Source of the DNA: Takakia lepidozioides
Lineage: Eukaryota > Plantae > Bryophyta
DNA length: 64,000 nucleotides
Direction of reading: 5' to 3'
Assembly: GCA_030704615.1 (NCBI GenBank)
Contig: CM060733.1
Coordinates: forward strand, 55,800,001-55,864,000
Shown: positions 49,806-61,699 of the stretch, in pieces
Numbering within the stretch: the first letter of the stretch is position 1
Layout: each line of letters begins with the position of its first letter
Position numbers and translations under genes: made by a program
Notes under the pieces: model-generated
What the model saw: only the letters and a program-made list of their open reading frames with translations
Databases searched by the model: none
Told to the model about the DNA's origin: nothing

Positions 49806-51672
49806 ACAAATGTGGCCGCTCCTAGCAGGACACTAGCTGCCGTAGCCTTGGCAATACTAGGTAGTGGTGCTACCCGTGTAGCTCTCCCCAATGGCATAGT
49901 AATTTCCGCCTCGGTAACCGTCAGACGAGAACTAGGTGCCATGGATGGCGTCGACACTGTCTCCGCTAATGTGAATGACTGAGGAAGCCTAGCCTGACGG
50001 CTTGCCTCCCTACGCTGTGGATCCAACTCCACCTCTGCACCTCGTGGCTCAGGAACTCGTGCTGCTCCTCGAGTCACGGCTGCAGCAGACTCCACCTGCA
50101 CTAGTGGTAGTGCTGCTCCACACATGAATCCCATGCCTCCCATATCTCCTCCCTCAGGAGCAGGAGGTGGACCATCCGGCCTTAGAGCCGGTACCACCTG
50201 AGCTGTAGCCATGGCAGCGAGCCTCTGCTCTAGCTGCTGAAGCCGGTTGGCCATGCCTTGGTCAACACCCTGACCTCCGCGTCCTTGGCCACGTTGAGCT
50301 TGCCCTTGGCCTGCACCTCGTGGCTGGCCACCTCGTCCTCTCTGGGCTGCTCCACCTCGCCCCCGGCCACCATTGTTCCCTTGGAACTGGCCTGGGCGCA
50401 ACTCAGGATGCAAACCATAACACTGGGCCTCTCCATGCCCGTGCTTGCCACAATGCCCACACTGCAACTGTGCAGGCTGTGCATGTGCCGACCCTTTGCC
50501 TCCCTCTGGGCAATCCTTCTTGACATGGGGTCCTCCACATGTCCAGCACACCACATCCGCCTGTTGTTGGCCAGCAAATGAAGGGAGAGACCCCTGCATC
50601 TGAGGTCCTCTCTGCCCTTCCCTGAGCTTCACCTGAGCCCCCTTGTTGCCTTGAGCACGTTGAGGTAGTGGTTGGCTAGGAGCACCACTACCCCGTGGTG
50701 TCTCCTTAGCAAATCCCACCGTGACCACTCGTTCCTCCACCATGTTGAGCTCTATCCGCTCTACCAGCAAAAACACATTTGCTAAGGTGGGTTGGGCCGC
50801 TTGTAAGAGAGTTGCATCCCGCACCCTTCTCCTCAGTTCCTTGTCCAATATCCCATACCAGAATTGGACTGCCTGAGCTTCCGTAACCCCTTGGGTTACA
50901 TTTATCAAGCGCCTCATGCGAGTGAAAGCCTCCCTCAAGCTCTCGGTCGGCTTCCGTTGGAACTCTTGCAAGCTCCGCAACTTCTCTGTCCTCACCCCTT
51001 GGTAGTTCCCTCTCTCAACTCTTCGAAGAACTCCACAACAAGGTTGAAGGCAGGCACGGGTGCTAGTGCTGGTGCGGTAGTGGCTTGGGTGGACGTCGTA
51101 GCTACTGTACCACCAGTCCCACTGCTGCTTGCTGAAGCTGCCGGTGCAGCGGCAGGTGTAGCCACTGCCCTCGTGGCTCTAGTGCCCCTAGTGATGGAGA
51201 CATAGTCGGGTGACCAGTACATCCTCCACTCCTCGATCTCAACCTCATGCCCCCGACTGAACTCATGGTAATCATCCATAGGTGGCCCCTCAAGGTGCTG
51301 AAATAGCCCCTTCCATGCCATGAAAGGCGTAAATAGTTGTGGATTGCACATTTGCTGCAAATCACACCAACTATCAAACTCTTGGATAAAATCATCCAAC
51401 TCGATGGTGCCCACCGCCCCAGAGTACCTTCGTGGCCCCTTGGTAGCTCCATACATCTCCTCCATTGTGTCCCACAACAATGGCAAAGAAACAACTTGCA
51501 CCGCCGGTATGAGTCCTCCTGATTCACAATCCGAATCAGAACCTTCCGTAGAAGACACAGGAGGTGAAGATGGCCTAAACTGCAGACCTCGTCTCGTGTA
51601 CCCACTAGTATCGCTAGTGCTCGAACCGGCACTGTCCCCAGCAACTAGTGGCACCTCCGTGTTGACACTCAA
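49757..51672 (-). pseudogene. Gag with two zinc knuckles (frameshift near 50995)
   Basis: LQEFQRKPTESLREAFTRM (retrotransposon gag motif), CWTCGGPHVKKDC, CGHCGKHGHGEAQC, RGG-rich nucleocapsid tail. Confidence 0.88.
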
Positions 51673-52379
51673 CCGGTCATGAACATGTCCCTAACCCCCT
51701 CTCCACAAGGTAACCGGGTAGAGAACCTGTTGCGGCTTATGGTTTGGAATACTAAGTTCCTAACATAGCCTACACCTGTACCTGCATCCACCGCAAGCAC
51801 TCCTATGGTTGGCTGGTCATCACCTCCAACCTCACCACAGGAGAAACAATGATGGTCTGGCTGGTCATCACCCCAGCCTCACCATCGACAGCATGCTCTA
51901 GGACTGGCTGGTGATCAAATCCGGACCAATCACCTATAAAAATAAGCGCCCACACAAAACTAGCATGGCGCACAGTCAAGCATGCAGGTATGGAGGGGAT
52001 CCAAACACAAGAAATCAGAACGACAACTCCCCCACACCAAAAACAACTCCACGGTGTTGCTCCTGCAAGGACACCCCAGCCCAAACCCGGACTGACTCTT
52101 GCCTCCACCTACGGAAAGGTCTTGGCCTAATGAGAGGGTGGAAACTACGAGGAAGAGAAGCTAAAGCAATGCCTAACCCCAGCATGCCCTCATCCCAACA
52201 CTCTTCCTCTCCTCTCTTCCCTCACTTGCATGACCATGGGAATATCATGAAGATACTCCTCAAACCACCCTCCACGAGCTTCAAAATTCGGCCTTCCAGA
52301 CCACATGCCAGTCCTTAGGCAGTCCACCAGTGCCTCCACGAGTCAGCACAGGCCGTCCACAGGTCAACACGGGCCACCA

Positions 52380-53550
52380 CAGACCAGCACAGGCCCACAC
52401 AGCTCACTGGTCACAGCCGTCACAGTCCCACAGGCCACTGGGCACAGCCTGTCACAGCCCGTCACAGCCCCACAGGCCACTGGGCACAGCCTGTCACAGC
52501 CCCTCACAGCCCCAAAGGCCACGGGCACAGCCTGTCACAGCCCCTCACAGCCCGTCACAGCCCCACGGGCCTCAGGCACGGCCTGACACAACCCCTCACA
52601 GCCCCTCACAGCCCCAAAGGCCTCAGGCACGGCCTGTCACAGCCCCTCACAGCCCCCAAGGCCACCGGCGTAGCCCGTCACAGGCCCTCACAGCCCGTCA
52701 CGACCCCGAAGGCCACCGGCACAGGCCCTCATAGCCTGTCACAGCCCCGAAGGCCACTGGCGCAGCCCGTCACAGCCCGTCACAGCCCTGAAGGCCACCG
52801 GCGCAGCCCAACACAGCCCCTCACAGCCCCAAAGGCCTCAGGCACGGCCTGACACAGCCCCTCACAGCCCGTCACAGCCCCAAAGGCCTCAGGCACGGCC
52901 TGACACAGCCCCTCACAGCCCGTCACAGCCCCAAAGGCCTCAGGCACGGCCTGTCACAGCCCCTCACAGCCCGTCACAGCCCCAAAGGCCTCAGGCACGG
53001 CCTGTCACAGCCCCTCACAGCCCATCACAGCCCCAAAGGCCATGGGCACAGCCCGTCACAGCCCGTCACAGCCCACAGGCCACTGGGCACAGCCTGTCAC
53101 AGCCCCGCACAGCCCGTCACAGCCCCACAGGCCACTGGGCACAGCCTGTCACAGCCCCGCACAACCCGTCACAGCCCCACAGGCCACTGGGCACAGTCTG
53201 TCACAGCCCCTCACAGCCCGTCACAGCCCCACAGGCCTCAAGCATGGCCTGACACAGCCCCTCACAGCCCCAAAGGCCTCAGGCACGGCCTGTCACAGCC
53301 CCTCACAGCCGTCACAGCCCCAAAGGCCTCAGGCACGGCCTGTCACAGCCCCTCACAACCCATCACAGCCAAAGCCTCAGGCACGGCCTGTCACAGCCCG
53401 TCACAGCCCCACAGGCCACTGGCACAGCTTGTCACAGCCCCACAGGCACACAGCTTGTCACCCCCGCACAGCCCCTCACAGCTCGCCACAGCCTGACACA
53501 GCCCGTCACAGCCCCACAGGCCACAGGGCACAGCCCGACACAGCCCCATC
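52380..53550. repeat. GC-rich minisatellite (11-bp CCCGTCACAGC-type units forming ~37-48-bp higher-order units) in the Gypsy 5' leader
   Basis: Dozens of (G/C)TCACAGCC units, e.g. CACAGCCCCAAAGGCCTCAGGCACGGCCTGTCACAGCCCCTCACAGCCCGT repeated 52820-53040. Confidence 0.95.
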
Positions 53551-53979
53551 CATGGCCGCTCTGGCAGTTTAGCCATTTCTCCAAGGGGTTTAGCCACGCC
53601 AAGCTAGGGTTTGTGTCTCTTGGACTCTAGGCTTCTTTCCACTGAGCTATGGCGGCTGTGAGGAAATCAACAAGGTATTCTTGCTCTTTCGGCTCCCACA
53701 CACCACCATAGTATCCCTAAGCCATGAGGTGGTTGCCACAAACCAAGCCTTCTTTCTCACTTAGCCTCCCCAAACACGCCACTAAACTCAATGGCAAACA
53801 ACCAAGCCCTGCTGGTTCCCAGCCCTTGTGAGCACTCATTCAAGCACTCTCCTTGGCCATAACATCTGTCTTAGAGCCTATTTCAGCCCCCTACACCTGC
53901 TGCTTCAAGAGTTGCGCTCCCTTCAAGCTTGAAGTTGAAACCGCAACTCACATAGGCCCTACAAGTGCTTTTCTTTCAC

Positions 53980-54400
53980 TCCAAGTGGAAACCAGCCCTA
54001 GACCTTCCGTTCTAGCTCTCTAAAGCTTGAAAACAAGAGCCTCAATGGGCTGAAGGCATGCTCCACACATGCCCCACTCTCACCATAAGAGAATCAGCTC
54101 CTTTGCTTCATTTCTTGCACCCACAAACCTGAAAATACAAGCTTCAGCAGGCTGAAAGCATGCTCCACATGCCCTACAGGGAAACCAGCCCCTTCCTTCC
54201 TTTCTTGCACTCCCACACCTGAAAGTGCAAGCCTTTACCAGGCTGATAGCATGCTCCACACATGCATTGCCCTCACATAAGGGAAGTCAGCCCTTCCCTC
54301 TTCTTTGCTTGCCTTCCAAGCTTGAAGATGGAAGCTTCAATGAGCTGAATACATGCTCCACACATGCAACCTCTTCACACAAGAGATATCAGCCCCCTAT
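53980..54400. repeat. Degenerate ~100-bp tandem repeat
   Basis: GCTGAA(N)(G/A)CATGCTCCACA recurs at ~54049, 54152, 54243 and 54343, each with a preceding CAGCCC...TTGC...TGAA block. Confidence 0.7.
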
Positions 54401-57400
54401 CTTGGCTCCTTGGCTCCTTGATGCTCTCTAAGACAAGACTAAGCACTCCACAGCCTTTGCCAAGCTCCTCAAACCCTAAGGCTTACATTTCCAGCCACAA
54501 GACACTTCTCTTGTGGTGCAAGAGCTCTTCTTCCAAGCTCTGAAACCCTAGGTGCACATTCCATGGCCTTGCCGCACCTCTTAGCTCCTGTTCCAGCCCT
54601 GCTCTTGCCATGACAAGAGCCCTCTCAATGCTGAAGCTCGAGATTGAAACCCAATCTCACCATACTCCACAAAGTGCACTGATTTGCCCCAAGCCAAATC
54701 AGCCCTTTCGCTTGGTCTTGCAATCCTTCACACAATGAAAGCTCGCATTCCCAAGTTCAGTTCTCAGCTTTGCCACCAAAGCCACTATAACCTGCTCTTG
54801 ACTGGTCCTCTTCCCAATCGTGCTTGCTCATGCATGTACACAATCTGAAACCATCAAGGTGCTCTGGAATTACCTGCAGCATGGTGCTTTCATCTCTGAA
54901 GCTGAAGATCGAATGCCAAGGTCTACCACCTCGTAACCCACATCGCCTCCGCTTCTAACAACCAAGAGCTCCACGGTGCTCCTTGCATAACAACTTGGTT
55001 TCTCTCATTCTCAAGCAAAAACCACAAGTGCCACAACTAACTCGTATCTGGCACTCACAGATACGAGCTCATCTTTCTCGAGTGATAAAGAAGAAGAATA
55101 CAAGCACGAGCTCACAAATCTGAAGCATAAACTCATGCATATATAACCTCATCACTCAAATACAAGTCAAGCCAAGTGCACCCCACGCCATGGGGAATCC
55201 ACACTACGGCGCCATAGCTAGGCGCGGTGAGGCTCAACTCGAGAAAGATGAGCCTCCCGCACTTGCCGTGAAGATAACCACTCCAGGGCCTAAATCTGCC
55301 TTGACCCCTGGATTGACACTTGGGCCAATCCCAAATGTCAATATGTAAAAACTAGCTATTTCCTAGCTAGTTTCACACTAGTGGCAAAATAACTTGACAA
55401 CAACCATCAACGCCAAAGAAAAGTATGGCTGACGTGGTGCGGACGTGGAGCCTCTCCGCGGAAGTCGGATTTCCAAGGACTACCGCCTGGAAATCCGAAA
55501 TGTTAGGGAATGTCTTTGCCGTGTTTCGATCCTTCCCGCCATGGAGCTCGTGATCTCTGTCGTTTACCATCTCTCTCGATCGTCGTTTCTTCTGTCCCTT
55601 CTTGTCTCCTTATGCACACTGGATTGCCGGTCGTGTGGTAGCCGTGTGGTGGTCGTGCTGACATGTAACTACGTTCTATTACTATCGCCCCTTATATTCC
55701 TAGCCAGGGACTTCCACGTCATTGCCTCTTGTTGTCGCTCGTGTGATAAGGCCCTTAGTCATTTTGGCAGGACTAAACTATAGCTCTTCCCCACAACGCA
55801 CGATCGAAACACATTGAATGACGGAAAATCATCCTGTGGCGTGTCAAACCTCCTTGACCATGCGTTGCATATTCAGCCACGTATGTCGATAGACCGATAT
55901 TGCACAGGGTAGATCATAGGCATCACAGATTAAGCGCAGCCTTCCATGTACCCGGCCCACCATTTAAGGGAGGAAACGGACAAAAATGGCCAGGTATGAT
56001 TCTGACTTCCATGCATGGGGTGGCAGGGCCCGGTCGTCGAGTTCCCGTGTCGGTAGCGTAGCCCGATAAAATGGGAAGAGAGCTCGTCCGCAGAGTACCG
56101 CGAATTGAACGCAACTCCACTTACCTGCCACGTCACTCGTACCTGCAGCACCCTGCAGTATAGTTGACCCTACCTTACTGTTACCTGCTTATGTGTTATT
56201 TCTCTGTAAATGTTATGGTTTTGATATTCCGCAAAAAAAATACATTAGAAACCATGTCAAGAGTGTTAAGTGGTTAATTGTTAGTTTATCCTACTCTTCA
56301 TAGTGTTAACGCACCTCCATACTAGTTAGATTCCATAAAGAGGCACCTCCATAGTAGTTAAATTCCATAAAGAGACGTCCCCAAAATAGAGCATCCATTC
56401 ATGCTCATCCAAAATAGAGCATCTATTCATCCATTCATGAGGTTCAAGCTGCCATCCACTCTCTTGTGAAGTGTTTAGCAATCCAGAAGGCAGTGTTTTC
56501 AGCTAGGCATTCTACTTCTCAACAAACCGACATTCTTTCATATTTCCAACCTAGTCAAAGATTAAATGTTATATTTCATTGGCATAACCGGGTTTACTGG
56601 CCTCTCATTTTAAGACAATAGGGTCTTCAATGGGCACGTGCGATGTGGCCGGTGGGCCCTGCGCACGGACGCCCGGCTCCCCCCACCCCACCCGCCGCTG
56701 CGCGCGGTGGCCCAGCCGGGGGCGCGGCTACAACAACCGCGCCCGCGCCCACTCCGCCCGCGCCCCCGTCCGCCGCGTTGCCAGTCCCCCATCCATGAGT
56801 CCGCTGCCCTCTAGTCTGCCCACCAGTCCGCTGACGGCGCAGGATCTCCACCGTCCGTTCCCATAACCCATCCGAGCCCTCCATTTTTAGGGCTGCGAAA
56901 ATTGCAATGATCTTGCCACCAAATCCTGGCCGCTCTCTTTTGACGTCTATTTGTTGTTCGATGTTGCGGTAGGCGTTTCCATGCACACAATTGTTCCTCT
57001 TTTGCGCGCGATGTTCATAATGATGATGAAGCGTGTGCTTGAACATGAGAGGACTGTCTCGGCACTACAGCCACCATCGTGCATATGCTTCCACTATTTT
57101 TGTCTTCTTGTTGTGCTTTCGGGAACCTTCGTTTTATGGTTTGGTTCTATGTCATAAATATGGGAATGCGGAAATCTGTCCTCGATAACATCCTCTGCTT
57201 GTGATCCGTCGTGATACGTATAGCCCCTTCGTACCGCATCCCTCATGAGAGCCTTCACAAGTTTAGTTCGTTAAAGGAACCCCATGGGTAACATGGGCGT
57301 GAAAATGGCGGAAGCGTATGCACATGAGGGCGTGTATTGCAAATTTCGTATTGGACAATGGGACTGTTTATGTGACCAAGTATAGCGGCTTGCATCCGTC

Positions 57401-58581
57401 ATGCATAAGTTGTGGAAAGGGTGGAGAATCTGAAGAAACCCAGCTTGTGATGGATCCACATGGTATTATATAAGGGATGGCAGCACAAAAAAGCAATTCG
57501 AGTCGTCACGGAATACCATTCAGTCATAAGGTCCTCAACTTGCTGAATGCAGATGTCTAAGCCACGACGGGAGTAGGTGCAGAATGCGGGAGTAGGTGTA
57601 GAATCGGTACATTGTCGCATTTGCCAGGAGACGGATCAGGTTGAGACAATTGCATCTGCAAATGCGCGTGGATGTTTGAGGTCCGTTGTGTCGCGAGTCT
57701 GTTCACAGTGGTTCCGCTGGCCTGTCAGTGCTCCGGATATTCCCCTTATCGCATGCATAACAGTCAGTTTGGAGGCGGTCTGCTGGAAGTCCGTCTGTTG
57801 GGATATCAGTCTGTTGCACTTGTGAATTTGTCAGTCTGTTGTGTCGGAAGTCTGTTGCAGTAAGTTTGTTCGACTTCTTATTTTCCCTCCGGTCAGTCTT
57901 TTGGCTTGTTCTCTCGCCAGTCTGGCGAAACGTCCGTCTGCTGGACAGTTCTCTTCTACGGATATCAGTCTGTTGGACTGTGCATACATCAGTATGTTGT
58001 GCCGCGAGTCTATTCGCAATGGGTATGTTCGACTTTCCTGTTCTCCCCTTATTCTCTTTCGTCTTCATTCCGCCCGCTTCTTTGCAAACCAGTTTGCTGA
58101 ACTGGAGGTGTGCTCGACAATCGTTCCCTAATGGATATCACTCTGTTCGCCTGGTACTTTGTCAGTCTGTTCTGCTGCCAGTTTCTTTGCAGTGTGTCCG
58201 CTGGCAGGGAAGTGCCTCCAATATGAAGCCGCTTTGCCTCGGCTTTCCCCTTTCTACTTCTACTTTCTTATCATGTTCCCTGTGTTGACTCCATTCTCTT
58301 CCCGCCTGTTTCTTTGCATTGTTTCATTTTCCTCTTTGCGTTTCCATCACCGTAACAAAAGACGGCCGTTCTTCCCCAGGTGTGGAGAGTCGCGGTGAGC
58401 CGCGAAGCGTCACAAACATGCTCGCCTTCGTAACAACTCGAAGTTCATCGGCTCAGTGAGGTTCTCACTTGCTATGGTGTTTCCATTCCATTCTGTGTCC
58501 TCTTCTTGCTTAGGGTGAGTCTTTTCATAGGACTTCTGTCTGTCGCTCATTGTCCTTGCACCCTCGTTTCATTCTGCAGCG

Positions 58582-59623
58582 ATGGAGGATGCTTGTGAAA
58601 AGGGTGGAGCGGACTGGGTGGATTTTGTGCACCAAACCAGACTGAAGAAGGAGCGAAGGTACTGGTACTCACCAGAGGAGTTTGATCATAAAATAGTGGA
58701 AGCATTTGTAGACCTCCGCGTTCGGAAGCCCAAAAACTCGAATTGGCAGAAGGACAAGCTCTTCTGTCCCTTCTGTGAAGAGGTTATCAAGGACAAAATC
58801 CTATTAAATCGGCATTGTGTTGACACGGGTTGCAAGGAGACTGTTGCAACGATTCCACGGGATTTCAAGCCTTGGCCGATACTGAAAGAAATATCGATTG
58901 TCAAAGAGGCCACAATGCGCATCCGCGGATCAGTGCTTGACCCCCGCACTTTGGAATTAGACGAAGTACACGCACGGTATGGTGTCCATTCTAGTGGCCC
59001 GTCAATGGAGGATTTGCAAGTGTATGGAACGCCGGACGCTGCCAGAAAACGTAAATTGAGTGATGGGGGCCCAAAAAAAGGAGAGGCAAAAAAAGGAGAA
59101 GGCTGCAAGGTCTGCTCGCGAGGCAAGGGCAAAATCCACGCAACAAACTGAACCCCGTCCAGGGCGGCAGACCCACACCATCAGTGCTGATACTGAAAGT
59201 GAATCTGCTCAGGGCGGGCAAACCATTATCCGGAATGATGACTTCGAAGGCCTGGAAGGGGTGACAAGTCCAGTGGACATTGACTTGCCTGACCAAACTG
59301 GGCAGCAGACTCACACAAATATCGTGACCCATGCCAGAGGTTTAGGGTCAAAACCAAAAACTCAACAGAGCACTGAAGGGCTAGTCTGCCCTGGCACATT
59401 GCGCCTCGTTGACTTTGGGTTTTTCCCACCAGAGTGCCCGCCAATTGGGGATCCAGACTTCTTCCGTTATTTCTACAGAGTTGCCCAGTCAGGTCCGCTA
59501 CGCACATTCATCCGACAGGCGGAACAGAATTGGTTGAACAACTTTGAAGATGAAGATGACGATGAAGAAGTAGAGGAGGTAATGGTCAGTTTGACCGCCC
59601 AGTCTGTTCTCTATGCTGTTTGA
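58582..59623 (+). pseudogene. Uncharacterised protein with a putative Zn-binding motif, frameshifted near 59070
   Basis: Preceded by a pyrimidine-rich CAG acceptor. Contains CPFC-x11-RHC-x4-C, a basic NLS-like RKRK and an acidic DEDDDEEVEE stretch; two overlapping ORFs 58582-59151 and 59060-59623. Confidence 0.45.
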
Positions 59624-60814
59624 GTCCATCATGGGGGTCACGTTGCCTATTCAGTCTGGTCAGTCCATTGCATTCTCTCCTCAGTCCGTTGGCTCACTCT
59701 CCTCGTCAGTTAGTCTATTTTATATTGTTGGATTACTTACTGAGTCCGTTTGTCAGTTTGCTAGTCCAGTCCACTGGTACAGTCTACTAGTTGGCTCCAC
59801 CTTACGTACGCACATTACGTCTGTCAGTCTACTGGTCTGTGAGTCCAGTCCGCTGCATGAGGTGAATATAGAGTCCATGTCCATATTCCTGACGCCCAAG
59901 TTCTCTGCTGTGTACCAGGATGAATGTGTTTATATTCGTAGGGCCCTTCAGGCTTGGCGGATACCTAGCAATGATGCTCCTTTACAAGCGACTCCGGTGC
60001 GTGCGGAAGTGGACCGCGTGCGGGAGTACATATTATTGAAGTATCATGGGTCATCTGTTGCTATAGCGGCATTACACATTCAAGACACGTCGGGGGGGAA
60101 TGCGTCTGGGACAGCCGAGTCTGCCATCCAGCAGACTCCCATCAGCAGGCCGTCATCCAGCAGACTCCCATTCAACAGCCTGTCATCCAGCAGACTCCAA
60201 TGGAGCAGACCCCCAACGAGCAGCCTGTCATCCTGCAGACTCCTCTCCAGGAGCCCATTATGCAGCCCATGCCAATGGGAAGACCTTCATCCAATAGACT
60301 GCGGACCAATAGACTGACAGCCAGCAGACAGCCTTTCTCCCACATAGCACAACGTTTTTTGTAGTTTGGCGATCGCCATCACCGGTAATTCGACCCGGAG
60401 CTGAAGACCTCACACTTCCCCGGCTTAGGGTGGGAGAAATTAATCCCCATTTGGATTGGCATAATGAGCTCCACCGGATTGTTGCGGACCGCTGGTGGTC
60501 ATTTGTACCCTTTCATTATTCCATGGAGTTTTATATTGAGAAAGCCAACCATATTCTGGAAGCCGCCTCTGCTGTTGGCATTGCAGGGATGCCTCGACGT
60601 GAGCCTGGTCGCGTGAGCGCGACTGCGCTCACGCCACATCACCTTGCACCAACGCCACATCACGGGGCTCACTCCACGTCATCGCGCTTGAAGGCCGCGT
60701 CACCACGCGCCAAGGAAGAAGTGGAGTGTATTCCCGCAGAAGAGCACCCTTTACTACGGAAACAAGCTGGACGACATAATAAAAGGACGTGATCATTCCC
60801 ACCTGAAAGCAATA

Positions 60815-61175
60815 GATGAATGAAGGATGGATGAATGTAGAGTGGATAATAAACAGATGGATGAGTGCGAAAAATGAAAGTAGATGGATGAATGTGGGAT
60901 GGGTAAGAGTAAAATGGATGAATGTATAATGGATGTTGAATAATGGAAAACATTCATGACTGGAGGATGCATGAATACACTGTAGATGAATGCACAATGT
61001 ATATGACATGAGTGTGGTAGGTTTGTGGGGTGGATTACAGAGTACAGTGGATGAATGTATAACGAATGTTGAATAAGAGAAAACATTCATGAATGGAGCA
61101 CGCATGAATACATAGTAGATGAATGCACAATGGATATGAGAAGAGTGAGTGGGGTTTGTGGGATGGATTCATACA
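60815..61175. repeat. ATGGATGAATG-rich low-complexity repeat with a ~125-bp duplication
   Basis: Directly visible; TGTTGAATAA..GAAAACATTCATGA occurs twice (~60934, ~61067). Confidence 0.8.
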
Positions 61176-61699
61176 TATTGCCATTTTAATGAAAGTGGAT
61201 TCTTTGATTTTTTTATTTTTTTTATTTTTTTTCTGCCGGAACAACTACAGTGGAGTAGGGGATTCAATGTTTTCCGAAGAGGATGAAACGGAACATTAAA
61301 AGAACAAAGTTCAGTCTGACTCAGAGTCAGTACAATGTCTAAGTCTAAGTATTTAAGAACTCCGGATCTACGCTGGCTACACCTGCGGCCGGTCAATAAA
61401 AAGTCAGGGGATAGAGACTCGGCCGCATGAAGTGCCATTGCTTCGGCATACACAGGAAGCAGAAAATTGGAAAGGGGGTTGTTGAAAACAGACTCGCCAC
61501 AAATGGGGGTATCTCCAGAAGATCCATCGCTGCCTTTCCTGCAAGTCACAGCCCGAAAAAAGTTATTACTGTAAATTTGATGTCCGAGAAATTGAGTACG
61601 GCTCCCAAAGTGGGTTTAGGACTTACTCACATGAAAAGTCGTTGTCGACCTGCTTATCCTCGGGATCGTCATCATTTCAGATTTGAATCCTCTCAGTCT

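Larger units (their letters stand above)
43783..55370 (-). mobile_element. Ty3/Gypsy LTR retrotransposon encoding Gag-PR-DNMT-RT-RNaseH-INT-PHD (frameshifted copy)
   Basis: Domain order PR-RT-RH-INT defines Gypsy. A polypurine tract and 3' LTR start lie at 44126-44111. The high-coordinate (5') boundary is approximate because no second LTR copy is visible. Confidence 0.93.

Noticed and set aside
52305-53572. Pro/Ser/Gln/His-rich ORFs (52305-52586, 52330-52734, 53042-53572)
   Set aside because: Products of the stop-poor minisatellite, open in several frames and antisense to the retrotransposon.
55195-55214. TGGCGCCGTAG on the minus strand as a candidate primer-binding site
   Set aside because: Not preceded by an LTR-type CA end or by sequence matching the 3' LTR; the match is short.
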